The notes below the pieces were generated by a model. That model saw only the letters and a program-made list of their open reading frames with translations, was not told the DNA's origin and searched no databases. This document shows, in pieces, positions 1-9,437 of a stretch of 32,000 bases of DNA. Source of the DNA: Trichodesmium erythraeum IMS101 (lineage in GTDB: Bacteria > Cyanobacteriota > Cyanobacteriia > Cyanobacteriales > Microcoleaceae); assembly GCF_000014265.1 (NCBI RefSeq), contig NC_008312.1, forward strand, positions 3,420,001-3,452,000, given 5' to 3'. Both the position numbers and the translations under genes were made by a program. The number at the start of each line of letters is the position of its first letter. Positions within the stretch are counted from its first letter, which is position 1.

Positions 1-668
1 TCCCTGAGAAAAATATGCCCCCAAGTGAGATGAAATGGCGGAGTAATTATCAAAAATCACCAAGTTTTTTAAGCTTGCATTTAGGAGTCGAAGCAACTGT
101 ATTTCCCCAGGGTACAGAATGTCATCATATTCTCTTAGAAAATTGGGAAAAAATGGAAGCAGTAGAAGGTACAATTTTTGTTTCTATTCCTACATTATTA
201 GACCCAAGTTTGGCGCCAAAAGGATATCATATAGTTCATACTTTTACACCTAGTTATATAAAAGATTGGCAAGGACTAAGTATAAAGGAATATGAAGCTA
301 AAAAAGAGGCAGCAGCAGGGCGAGTTATTGAGAGATTAGAAAATATTTTTCCCGGTTTAGATGCAGGTTTAGACTATGTGGAAGTTGGCACTGCGCGATC
401 GCATCAAAGATTTTTAAATCGTGCAGATGGAACTTATGGACCTATTCCTCAACGTAAATTAAAAGGTTTATTAGGAATGCCATTTAATCGTACTGCAATA
501 CCTGGTTTATATTGTGTTGGAGATAGTACATTTCCTGGTCAAGGTTTAAATGCTGTAGCATTTTCTGGTTTTGCTTGTGCTCATAGAGTTGCTGCTGATT
601 TGGGTTATAACTCTAAGGGCAAGTCAAAAGTCAATATAAACTTTACAAAAGTCAAAAATAATCTTTGA
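1..668 (+). CDS. crtH: Carotenoid cis-trans isomerase (CrtH/CRTISO-type FAD-dependent oxidoreductase), C-terminal portion; 5' end lies upstream of the window
   Basis: The frame of ORF 15..668 stays open back to the window edge. The C-terminal block [34 protein letters not shown] matches the conserved C-terminus I recognise from CrtH / plant CRTISO. A HIP1 site lies inside the ORF at 395-402. Confidence 0.75.
   Translation, partial: PEKNMPPSEMKWRSNYQKSPSFLSLHLGVEATVFPQGTECHHILLENWEKMEAVEGTIFVSIPTLLDPSLAPKGYHIVHTFTPSYIKDWQGLSIKEYEAKKEAAAGRVIERLENIFPGLDAGLDYVEVGTARSHQRFLNRADGTYGPIPQRKLKGLLGMPFNRTAIPGLYCVGDSTFPGQGLNAVAFSGFACAHRVAADLGYNSKGKSKVNINFTKVKNNL
395..402. repeat. HIP1 octamer palindrome GCGATCGC (first of 11 copies in the window)
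   Basis: Exact copies lie at 395, 7183, 7489, 8753, 10988, 16127, 16762, 26525, 26611, 30280 and 30796 (start coordinates). In ~35% GC DNA an 8-mer this GC-rich would be expected less than once in 32 kb. HIP1 over-representation is a cyanobacterial hallmark. Confidence 0.9.
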
Positions 669-1089
669 CTGAGTTTTTTGTCCCTTATGTGGAGCAAACA
701 GTATTTATAAATTTCCCAGCCTTAAATGCCTAGTACTAAAAAAATTATATTTTATACTACATTTTATCCTATAAAATATATAAGTCAAAAATCATGCATT
801 TAGGCCTCCCCTTTTTATTATTTCCCAAGGGGAAAAGTCACCCCAATTTGAAGAAAATTATAGTCGTCAATAGGATTCAATGATTTAGTTTAACCAAGCT
901 ACGGATTTTATACGAGTTTTTATGTTACAAATTGAAGTACGGAATGTGGGATAAAAAAAATTGACTTCTCCTGTGGCTAAAGGCAAAAGTCTGGTGTTGC
1001 TGAAATAGAGGATGAATTACAAGAGATTATACTAATTTCATAAACTTAAGCTACACTTTTAGAAGTAACCTATTATAGAAAATGTCCCC

Positions 1090-1593
1090 ATGTCAGGAGT
1101 AGTAAAAATTGAGATAAATGAATCGGTAGAAACTCTCAAAAAACTTTTAAAAAGTGCGAGTACAGCTCAAGAAAAGGAAAGACTTCAAACTATTTACTGG
1201 TTGAAAACTCAAACAGTAGAAACAGTAAAAGAAATTGCGATAATGTTAGGACGCAATCGAGTCACAGTACAAAAATGGTTAGGGAAATATCGTACAGGTG
1301 GACTGAATCTTTTACTAGAACCAAAGAAAAATCTAGGAGGGAGGCCAAGTTCAATTCCACCAAATGTAATCGAGAAATTAGAAGCAGAATTGCAAAACCC
1401 GGAAGGTTTCCAAAGCTATGGTGAAATTCAACAGTGGTTAACGACTTGTTTTGACATCGAGCTGTCTTATCGAACAGTTCATCAATTAGTCAGATATAAA
1501 TTAAAAAGTAAATTAAAAGTTCCACGTCCAAATCACATAAAACAAAATAAAGAAGCTCAAGAAAACTTTAAAAAAAACTCTCATCTCAACTAG
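1090..1593 (+). CDS. IS630-family transposase, N-terminal DNA-binding (HTH / winged-helix) part, orfA
   Basis: 167-aa ORF. The pattern ..IAIMLGRNRVTVQKWLGKYRTGGLNLL..GGRPS.. ..YRTVHQLVR.. is the paired HTH arrangement typical of IS630/Tc1-mariner transposase N-termini. Confidence 0.75.
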   Translation: MSGVVKIEINESVETLKKLLKSASTAQEKERLQTIYWLKTQTVETVKEIAIMLGRNRVTVQKWLGKYRTGGLNLLLEPKKNLGGRPSSIPPNVIEKLEAELQNPEGFQSYGEIQQWLTTCFDIELSYRTVHQLVRYKLKSKLKVPRPNHIKQNKEAQENFKKNSHLN

Positions 1594-2162
1594 AAGAGAA
1601 AATTAAGTTAATTAATAAATATTCGGAAAATCAACTGCCAATTCGCTATTGGTGTCAAGACGAGACTAGAATTGGATTAAAAACTATAACAGGTAAAGTC
1701 ATTACTGCTTGCGGTGTTAAGCCCATTGGTTTATATCAATGGCTATTTAAATATCTATGGCTTTATGGTTTAGTAGAACCAAAAACAGGAGATTCCTTTT
1801 TTTATGAATTTAGTCATCTAGATACTCCTTGCGTTGAAAGATTTTTAGAGCTTTTTTCTCAAACATATCCTGAAGAGATTCATATTATTCAACTAGATAA
1901 CGGGCGAGGGCATCTAGGGAATGATTTATCTATCCCTGATCACATCATTTTATTATTTCAACCTCCTTATTGTCCCGAAGTTAATCCCATTGAAAGACTG
2001 TGGAAAGAGGTGAAAAAATTCTTGAAAAATCGAGTTTTCGATTCCTTAGATTTCTTACGCAGAATCCTGAGAAATATATTAACTGGATTTAGTCAAAAAG
2101 ATATTGCTTCTTGTACAGGATATGATTTTATTCTTGAAGCATTATGTGTAGTCGGACTTTAG
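1572..2162 (+). CDS. IS630-family transposase DDE catalytic part (orfB), reached by a -1 frameshift from orfA, or a frameshifted pseudogene
   Basis: My translation of frame 3 is KKLSSQLEEKIKLINKYSENQLPIRYWCQDETRIGLKTITGKV...EEIHIIQLDNGRGHLGNDL...FQPPYCPEVNPIERLWKEVKKFL...CVVGL*. The D..D..E spacing and the NPIERLW motif are characteristic of IS630. It is absent from the ORF track because it has no start codon of its own. Confidence 0.7.
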   Translation, partial: KKLSSQLEEKIKLINKYSENQLPIRYWCQDETRIGLKTITGKVITACGVKPIGLYQWLFKYLWLYGLVEPKTGDSFFYEFSHLDTPCVERFLELFSQTYPEEIHIIQLDNGRGHLGNDLSIPDHIILLFQPPYCPEVNPIERLWKEVKKFLKNRVFDSLDFLRRILRNILTGFSQKDIASCTGYDFILEALCVVGL

Positions 2163-2354
2163 GAAATTGGTATTAGAATACCCAATTCAAGGTTCCCCTA
2201 TGCAATGTCCAGAACCAAATCTGGCCATATTTCTGACTTAGAGTAACAAAGGGTTTTTCCTTTGAGAGGAGGAAGATAACTCGGCAGTTATATCGCAACT
2301 TTAATGCAACAAAGACCTTGATCTTTATTATGCAGGACTACTAAAAAAACAACT

Positions 2355-2377
2355 AAAAAATCGCCCTAGAAGGGCGA
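2355..2377 (-). terminator. Rho-independent terminator-like hairpin (minus strand), orphan
   Basis: On the minus strand TCGCCCT-TCT-AGGGCGA forms a 7-bp GC-rich stem with a 3-nt loop (2361-2377). It is followed directly by TTTTTT (complement of 2355-2360). The nearest upstream minus-strand stop is at 2701. Confidence 0.45.
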
Positions 2378-2700
2378 GGCTTTCAACCCAATTTTTCAGT
2401 AAGTCCTGAGTTAGTCTCATGTTCGATATAACAATTATAATTAAGTTACTAGTTTTGCTTTAGCCCTTAAATACTTGTCTTAGAACTAAAGTAAACTACA
2501 AATAATAACTCTATTATAACTAATTATCTAAACATGATCACGACTCATAAATTTTAAGAAAAGTCAGGGTTTGAGATGTCTTCCTTTTGTCCCAATAAAT
2601 GATATTAATTCCGTCGGTTTTGTGTAAATCATGATCCAATAAGAAAACTAAAATTTTCAAAGCTCAAGGTTTTTTTGAGGTGATAGCTGACCTCTAAACC

Positions 2701-2922
2701 CTATGATAATAATTCAAAAGATTGAACTTCCAATACAGGACCAATCATTGCTATCGTCATTACATCATCTCGCACTATACCTGAAACTCTTGCCTTCTGG
2801 TCAGACTTACATAGATCCGTAGGAGCATCCTTTAATTCATAAGTTTCACCATCAGTCACTAACGCCCAAGTACCAGTACCAAATCCTTGTTTTTCTACCG
2901 AACCACTCACTGTGATATTCAT
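2701..2922 (-). CDS. Small conserved-looking hypothetical protein (73 aa), translationally coupled to the S8 peptidase gene
   Basis: Its ATG overlaps the stop of the upstream gene in an ATGA (2919-2922). The sequence is beta-rich and non-low-complexity (GTWALVTDGETYELKDAP...RVSGIVRDDVMTIAMIGPVLEV). I cannot make a family assignment with confidence. Confidence 0.55.
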   Translation of the reverse strand: MNITVSGSVEKQGFGTGTWALVTDGETYELKDAPTDLCKSDQKARVSGIVRDDVMTIAMIGPVLEVQSFELLS

Positions 2923-4724
2923 GCTAACTTTTCCTCTGTTCTAATTGCCAAACGTGCTAAACCTAAGCATAACAGGGCATTCACAACTAGGAAAATTTGA
3001 GCTGTTATACCAGTACCTAATCCCCAAACTGCAGGATCGACAACTGCACTCACAATTAAACAGCTAGCAACACCGATAGTAGTACCGATCGCTACCCACT
3101 TCCATTGCTGATGACCTAATAACAACAGAATTAATAACGCTGGAATCAATACACTAGCAAAAATGGGATTCAAAATACCACTACCTTGAATAGCTCCACC
3201 AAGTTCGGGTAAAGAACTACCCATTAAACGCATTGGCCATTGGGGCAAATCAAAAACATAGAAACCACGCAAGAAAAATAACCCACTGCTACCTACAACT
3301 AATCCAGTATGTAAGGGAAAACTCCAACTGAAAGGAAAATAATTCCGCAGCAACCAAGCTAATATATAAGATCCTAAAACCATTCCTAACTTAGGCAACA
3401 ATGCTATGGCGCCACCATCAAGCCAAAAACCAGGATTGAGATAACCATTATCATATAACCACCGGAAGAAGTCGCGGAAAGTTATTTGACCTTTAAGTGC
3501 CAATTTGACTGCTGCTGCTGCATCTAACTGACCTGCACCAAAATGGTTGAGGGGGTCTTCTTTAACAGTTCTAGCAGATTTTTTGAGAATGTTGGTAATT
3601 TCCTCTGGGTCTTGAATTCCACTAGATTTGATTAATGCTACCACTCCTGCAACGTGGGGAGATGCCATACTTGTTCCTTGGAAGGAGGCAAATACACTGT
3701 TGCCATTTTCTGGGTTAATGGTTTCTTGCAGGATACCGCCAGCTTCATTTTTATCTTTAGTGGAACCGCCAGGAGCAGAAATATCAACCCCTGCACCGAA
3801 ATTGGAGTATGGAGCTTTTTCTCCAGAAGCGTCAGTGGCGGAGACACCAATAACATGAGGATAACGAGCGGGGTAGCTGGCTGAATTTTGGTTAGCGTTG
3901 CCTACTGCAGCAATGATAACTACACCTTTATTATGAGCATAATTAATTGCTTCTTTCATGATTTGGCTTTCACCGCCACCACCTAGACTCATATTAATAA
4001 TGTCTGCACCATTATCAGCAGCGAATTTTATAGACTCGGCAATATCGGAAACTGTACCACCTCCACTAGCAGATAAGACTTTTAGGGGCATGATGCTAGC
4101 TTCGTAGGCGATACCTGCTACACCATAATTATTGTTAGTAGCTTGGGCAATAGTGCCTGCAACATGAGTACCATGACCGTTGTCATCAGTAGCTAATGTG
4201 CGATCATTAACAAAATCGTACCCGGGTACAAATTTTGTTTTTTCCAGGTCGGGAACTTTGGAAACACCTGTATCAATTACTGCTACAGTTATTCCGTCGC
4301 CTTGGGTTTCATTCCAGGCAGATTCGACATTGATGCTACGCAGGTTCCATTGTTTCCCATACATGGGATCGTTAGGAACGCCATCACCACTATCCAAGAT
4401 AATGGCATCGGTATTGTAAATATAGTTTGGTTCTATGTATTCAGTATATTTGCCTAGAGAACTTTTGAGGTTTTTGAGGAGTTGGCGATTACCCTTGACA
4501 ATATATACATTATCTGATATTGAAAATTCACTATTTAGGCGAGGTGCGACTTGGTACTCATCAGAAATTGTCCTGATTTGATCGAAAATTTTAGTAATTC
4601 CGATATCTTCACGGAAGTCTAAGACAATTGAGTCGTAGACTCCTTTATTGGCCAAACCAGAGAAGTTAGATAAGGCCCAACCAAGCCCAATTAAGAATAA
4701 GCAGACAAACAGAAATTTTTTCAT
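2919..4724 (-). CDS. S8 family (subtilisin-like) serine peptidase with N-terminal signal/anchor and C-terminal polytopic membrane domain
   Basis: The catalytic triad motifs are VAVIDTGV (Asp), HGTHVAGT (His) and GTSMASPHVAG (Ser). The N-terminus MKKFLFVCLFLIGLGWAL is hydrophobic. The last ~190 aa contain about five hydrophobic helices (e.g. ILNPIFASVLIPALLILLLLG, WVAIGTTIGVASCLIVSAVV). Confidence 0.9.
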   Translation of the reverse strand: MKKFLFVCLFLIGLGWALSNFSGLANKGVYDSIVLDFREDIGITKIFDQIRTISDEYQVAPRLNSEFSISDNVYIVKGNRQLLKNLKSSLGKYTEYIEPNYIYNTDAIILDSGDGVPNDPMYGKQWNLRSINVESAWNETQGDGITVAVIDTGVSKVPDLEKTKFVPGYDFVNDRTLATDDNGHGTHVAGTIAQATNNNYGVAGIAYEASIMPLKVLSASGGGTVSDIAESIKFAADNGADIINMSLGGGGESQIMKEAINYAHNKGVVIIAAVGNANQNSASYPARYPHVIGVSATDASGEKAPYSNFGAGVDISAPGGSTKDKNEAGGILQETINPENGNSVFASFQGTSMASPHVAGVVALIKSSGIQDPEEITNILKKSARTVKEDPLNHFGAGQLDAAAAVKLALKGQITFRDFFRWLYDNGYLNPGFWLDGGAIALLPKLGMVLGSYILAWLLRNYFPFSWSFPLHTGLVVGSSGLFFLRGFYVFDLPQWPMRLMGSSLPELGGAIQGSGILNPIFASVLIPALLILLLLGHQQWKWVAIGTTIGVASCLIVSAVVDPAVWGLGTGITAQIFLVVNALLCLGLARLAIRTEEKLA

Positions 4725-4918
4725 TGCTTAAGATATCTACTAATATACTGAGGACTTTTTTACTACGATAGCTTATTGTTTGGTGTCTTGGATAAAAATG
4801 TGGTGTTGCCTAATTCCCTGGGGCAAACTTTTAGGGGCATACCCCCCCATAGTTGCCTTTAGTGGTAAGTAGCTGAACAAAATTAACTATACATTGAACA
4901 TCTCAAGAAAAGATTCTC

Positions 4919-5613
4919 TTGCCCCTTGCACTGATGTTCGAAGATAAGCATTTTTGGAGATTTCTATCAATCAAAGGTGATGTATCATTTATAAATGAAT
5001 ACTTATCTAATTTATCACTGACTCACTCAGATATTAGTGCATGGTTAGCTCCTATAAAAATTAATAATCAAAAATGTTATGCTTGGGTAATTGGTCATCG
5101 TCTGCACTTATGGATGTTCATTCTAGGTTTGAGCAAGGGAGTGTAAAAGTTTGTGAAGATCCGATATTAATGTGTAAACAAGAACTAAAGCCATTAATGT
5201 TTATTGAAACTATAGGTGTTTCTCGGTTTAAAGAATCAAATTTATCTCAAAATGTTGATAATTCTTATAACCCTGATGATTTTGCTATTTTTCAAGTTGG
5301 TTATAAAAATCCTAACAAAAAGATTGAACGTTTTGATCAAAGATTAGTCCTCAATTTAACTTTACTTAAAAACAATTTTAAAAATTCTCTAAGAATAGGA
5401 TCAAATTTTATTGTTTAATTACGAAGAATTGACTTTAATTTTATTAATATTGAAGCTGAACTTTTAGCCATATTACACGCAGAAGGATATAACAGAGGAT
5501 ATTTTGCTAGAACTTGGCTATTTAATAATAATAAACGTTGTTTGCTTCATCAAGCGGTAGAGGAATTTCTTGCTTGTTTAAACGCTATTAAATGGTCTGA
5601 ATATTTAGGTTGA
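4919..5613 (+). pseudogene. Decayed hypothetical gene (one frame change near 5100-5146, one in-frame TAA at 5416-5418)
   Basis: ORFs 4919..5146 and 5074..5418 overlap in different frames. The 5074 frame reads on past the TAA at 5416 for another 64 protein-like codons (..DFNFINIEAELLAILHAEGYNRGYFARTWLF..EEFLACLNAIKWSEYLG*). I recognise no family. Confidence 0.3.
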
Positions 5614-6352
5614 AATGATTATAAAATGAATATTTTAGCTTTGGGTATATTTGCTGTTAATTTTTTTTAATTTTGGATATATATCATATATAAATCCGGT
5701 AAAAAATTGTCATAATATTTGTGGAATTTCGATAAAATTAATGTTTTTTTTAAGCTATTAAAAGAAGCTAATATATTGCAAGTCAATACAGATAGTATAT
5801 TTAAATATTATATTCAATATAAATTTTAAATAAGTAAAAATATTAAGCTAAATAAGAAGGATTAAAATATTACGATAAATAAGAATTTATTTATATAAAA
5901 TTGCATATAATCATGCCAACTTTTCTCTAAAAACACAAAAAATATACGCTCAAATTAAGGAAAATAATCTTCCAATATTAAATGCTATATTTTTTTAATA
6001 TGGAGTCAGTTTTTTTAGCTAGTTTATAGTCAGATAATTGTTAATCAATGAAGTAGATTTATGAATTATTTGCCAAATTTTTCTTTGTATTGCAACGGAA
6101 AATTTTACTATCGCATGATAAAATTTGATTCTATTTTTTTTGACATATCCTTAATTTTTGGCTTCACATAGCTAAAATTTATAGTCTTACTTCAATTAAC
6201 GATAGGCTGCATCATCTAAAAGTAGGAAAAAGCAAGTATTATTAGTTTAAAAAAGATTAAAACGCTTTGAAAAATAAAATACATAAATTCGTATTGATAT
6301 TAATAAAGCAGTAGAATTTTGCTTATCTTTAAAATCTTTTGACAAGAAAGTT

Positions 6353-6982
6353 ATGACTTTTCAACACCTAAGTATTATGGGATTAATTCAACCTTTTACT
6401 GCTGAAGTAAGATTAGGAGATCGCATTGCGTTTATTGGTGAAATAGTATAGAAAAAAGCCCTTTAATCAGATTTATTGCTGGAGATACAAGTGTTAACTA
6501 TACAGTTACTTTTACTTTAGGGGCTCGTGTTCAATAGGTTACTTTAATCAGCTACACGATCACCCTAATTTTTGGGGTAAAACTCCAGTAGAAATATTAG
6601 CTTATAATAAAATCCCAATGGAACAAGCGATGCCTTTATTAGCTCGTTATGGTTTAGCTGCAAGATATAATGTAAAGTTTGAGTATCTTTCAGGTGGACA
6701 ACAACCTCGTTTATAACTAGCCACCATTGAATCCTCAGAAGCTACCTTATTATTATTAGATAGAACCTACTGATAATCTTAATATTATTTCCGCAGGAGA
6801 ATTAGAGCATTAACTGAATGAATTTCAAGGTACTGAGATTTGTTAGTCACGATCGCTGTTTATGAGAAAATAGTTTTGATACTTAGCTGGTTATGAGAAA
6901 ATAGTTTTGATACTTATTGGAATCTCAATGATGATGTAAAAATTGAAAAACTATCTGAATTACCTGAAAGTTATTATTGTTA
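6353..6982 (+). pseudogene. ABC-F type ATP-binding cassette protein pseudogene (multiple frameshifts and stops)
   Basis: Piecing frames together gives ..RLGDRIAFIGE.., ..KSPLIRFIAGD.. (Walker A region broken), ..FEYLSGGQQPRL*LA.. (ABC signature LSGGQ), ..TLLLLDRTY** (degenerate Walker B LLLLDEPTN) and ..LLVTIAV (degenerate VSHDR). I count at least five stops or frameshifts. Confidence 0.7.
6855..6916. repeat. 31-bp direct tandem duplication (2 copies) inside the ABC-F pseudogene
   Basis: GCTG[T/G]TTATGAGAAAATAGTTTTGATACTTA occurs at 6855-6885 and again at 6886-6916, with a single mismatch. Confidence 0.9.
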
Positions 6983-7443
6983 ATACTTATAATTTTGACC
7001 AATTTTCTAGACATAAACCCTCAAGTTTAGCTAAATTAGGTATCATTATAAAGCACAAGTAAATCCTGAAAAATAGCGTTCACTGCAATTACAGTATTTT
7101 CGAGGATAGTGAGGTACACTAACAGTAACGAGTAAATCGATAAAATAATGTGTTATGGGTAATACAGCTGTTGCTACGCTTCGCGATCGCTAGAGTCAAA
7201 GCAAGAACTAAGTAATTTGGTCAAAGTTAAATTATTATCAGTTATTAAAAATCCAAATTTTTAACTAAAATAAAAGCTTATTTTCGATAATCTCAGAAAA
7301 AAAATATTGAAACATATTTGAATCAAAAAAAGCTCAAGAAAGTCAACTAGATTTTAGTTTTCAAGTGGTGAGTAGTCTTATACAAAAACTCATCAAGAGA
7401 TATGCTTAATCAAGTCCCTCTGCATTTAAAATATTAATCGTTA

Positions 7444-7706
7444 TAGAACCCCTTCAGGTATCTTTTAAGTCCAAAGTTATAAGGATTAGCGATCGCGAAT
7501 TATTAAACCAAGAGATAGGTAAATGCCTATTCCTGGATAAAGAGGTGTAAAAGCTTGACCAAAAAAATTGATTCTAACCCACCAACAATGCTACTGCTAA
7601 AATTAATCTTTGTTTGATGCGACTGATGCTTAAGAGATTAGCTCATATGAGTTAAGTGCAGTAGCTATATCGCTTAATTTTTTTAAAGATACCTGCAGAA
7701 GTTCTA
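7444..7706. mobile_element. MITE-like non-autonomous element with ~25-bp terminal inverted repeats and TA flanks
   Basis: The left end is TAGAACCCCTTCAGGTATCTTTTAAG (7444-). The reverse complement of the right end is TAGAACTTCTGCAGGTATCTTTAAAA (-7706). About 22 of 26 positions match. TA lies directly outside both ends (7442-7443 and 7707-7708). The 263-bp interior has no ORF. Confidence 0.5.
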
Positions 7707-7749
7707 TATGATGTCCGAAGCATAAGTTATAAAAAAATTTTTGTTTGTA

Positions 7750-7797
7750 GTAGGGCTTTAGTTCACGAAATATCTATTCTTCGCGAATTTGCCCTAC
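7750..7797 (-). terminator. Possible terminator hairpin downstream of the ATP synthase gamma gene
   Basis: GTAGGGC (7750-7756) pairs with GCCCTAC (7791-7797), with an inner CGAA/TTCG stem. On the minus strand a T7 run follows about 12 nt after the stem. The geometry is weak. Confidence 0.35.
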
Positions 7798-7837
7798 CAC
7801 TAGATTTCATTTCAACCGGACATAATATTATTGATGG

Positions 7838-8782
7838 CTACAGAGCATTAGCACCACCTACAACCTCAAGAATTTCTTGAGTAATAGCAGCTTGCCGAGC
7901 CTTATTATAGGCCAAAGTTAATGTACCAGCTAATTCACTAGCATTATCGCTAGCATTACTCATTGCGGTCATCCGAGATGCCAACTCGCTAGCAGATGAT
8001 TCTTGCCACGCTCTCAATAACTGGTTAGTTAAAAATAATGGCAACAAAGCATCTAAAATTTGAATTGGATCTTGCTCAAAAATCATGTCGCGGGGAAAAC
8101 TTTTAACAGCTGCAGAAACAGTTTCTCGCGATACTTCAAACTCACCACCTTTGGAAGTTAAACGAAAAATTTCATCATCCTTAACTTCCAAACCTTGAGG
8201 ATCTAGAGGTAACAGAGTTTGAATTACAGGTTTAGAGCTAATTAGGGAAATAAACCTAGTAAAAATTAACTCTACCCTATCTATTGAACCTGCCATAAAA
8301 CCCGCCAGAATTTCATCAGCAACTACTGAAGCATTATCTGCCGTAGGAATTTTTTCAGGGTTATCATAAGTATTTAAAATTGGAACTTCTCTACGTTGAA
8401 AATATTGAATAGCTTTCCGTCCAATTAACACATATTGGCAGTTAATTCCTTGTTGTGTCAGCTCACGAGCCCTCATTTCTGCACGTTTAATAACATTAGT
8501 ATTATAACTACCACACAGACCACGATTTCCAGAAATTACTAATAACCCGACTGTTTTAGCTTCTCTTTTTTGGAGTAGAGGTAGGTCTAAACTTTCAAAC
8601 TGTAAACGTTCAGCCAACCCATATAAAACTTGAGCAAGGCGGTCAGCAAAAGGTCTTGTACCAATTACTTGTTCTTGGGCACGACGCACTTTAGCTGCTG
8701 CCACTAGACGCATTGCTTCTGTAATTTTTTTCGTGTTTTTGATCGACTTAATGCGATCGCGAATAGCTTTTAAATTAGGCAT
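7838..8782 (-). CDS. atpG: F0F1 ATP synthase subunit gamma (atpC in cyanobacterial nomenclature)
   Basis: 314 aa. The N-terminus [36 protein letters not shown] and the C-terminus ..[23 protein letters not shown] are canonical gamma-subunit termini. Confidence 0.95.
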
Positions 8783-9437
8783 TGTTTTTTAAGAAGGAAG
8801 AAATAAGAAATAAGAAAGAAAATCCTTGACTTTTTCTTATCAGTCAACTATATTTTACTTTATTGAGATACTGCTTCATAAAACCTATATAAAACGTCAA
8901 AATAAGTAATATTTTAATGTTTATTTTCTGCTTTTACGGTTACTATCGACATCAGGAATTCTATTTTTAAGGTATTGACGGTCAAGCTAACCGAATTTAT
9001 CGCTCCTTATACTTGCATTCTTATCTTAATTAATAGATAGATATACATTCAGAGCAGTTTTGAGGTGAGGTAATATCTCTATTGATAACAACCCTAGCCA
9101 CCCTAAACGATGAGTGCTAACATTTGCTAACAATGCACAGCAAGAGCAATTGGCTTTGGGGGTATCTCCCAATATCTACAAGAAAAACTGTAGACCCTTT
9201 TTAGACCCTTTTAAACACTTACATCACCTTGATTATAAGCTAAACAAAACTTTTAAACATGCGAATAGTCACTTAATCAGGAAGTCGGTTAATTAGTGGC
9301 CTGGTTTTACACCACAAGTTACTCTATTTATCAGATTTTAGCATTTATACAACTTGATTAGTATTACTGTATCAATATATACAAGCTTATATCAATAAAT
9401 ATCAGTCAACCAACAATAGTTAATTAACCCAATTCCA

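Larger units (their letters stand above)
1062..2198 (+). mobile_element. IS630-family insertion sequence (two-frame transposase); element ends tentative
   Basis: The HTH-type orfA (1090..1593) is followed in the -1 frame by a DDE domain open from 1572 to the stop at 2160-2162. The frames overlap at an A8 run (1570-1577). Tentative ends are TA(1060-1061)-GAAGTAACCT ... AGGTTCCCC-TA(2199-2200). These form a weak imperfect inverted repeat, giving 1137 bp, a typical IS630 length with a TA target duplication. Confidence 0.7.

Noticed and set aside
3628-4419. ORFs 3628..3858(+), 3638..3856(-), 3654..3884(+) and 4180..4419(+) inside the S8 peptidase gene
   Set aside because: They lie entirely within or antisense to a gene with an unambiguous catalytic-triad signature. 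Their translations are low-complexity and unfamiliar. They are typical shadow ORFs.
6855-6916. The tandem 31-bp repeat as a possible mini-CRISPR array
   Set aside because: There are only two directly abutting copies with no spacers, and no cas genes. They lie inside a pseudogene, so this is a simple slippage duplication.
9114-9296. 60-aa ORF in the atpA-gamma spacer
   Set aside because: It has no Shine-Dalgarno sequence and no recognisable motif. It lies in sequence I interpret as decayed insertion DNA. Its length is at the noise threshold for AT-rich sequence.
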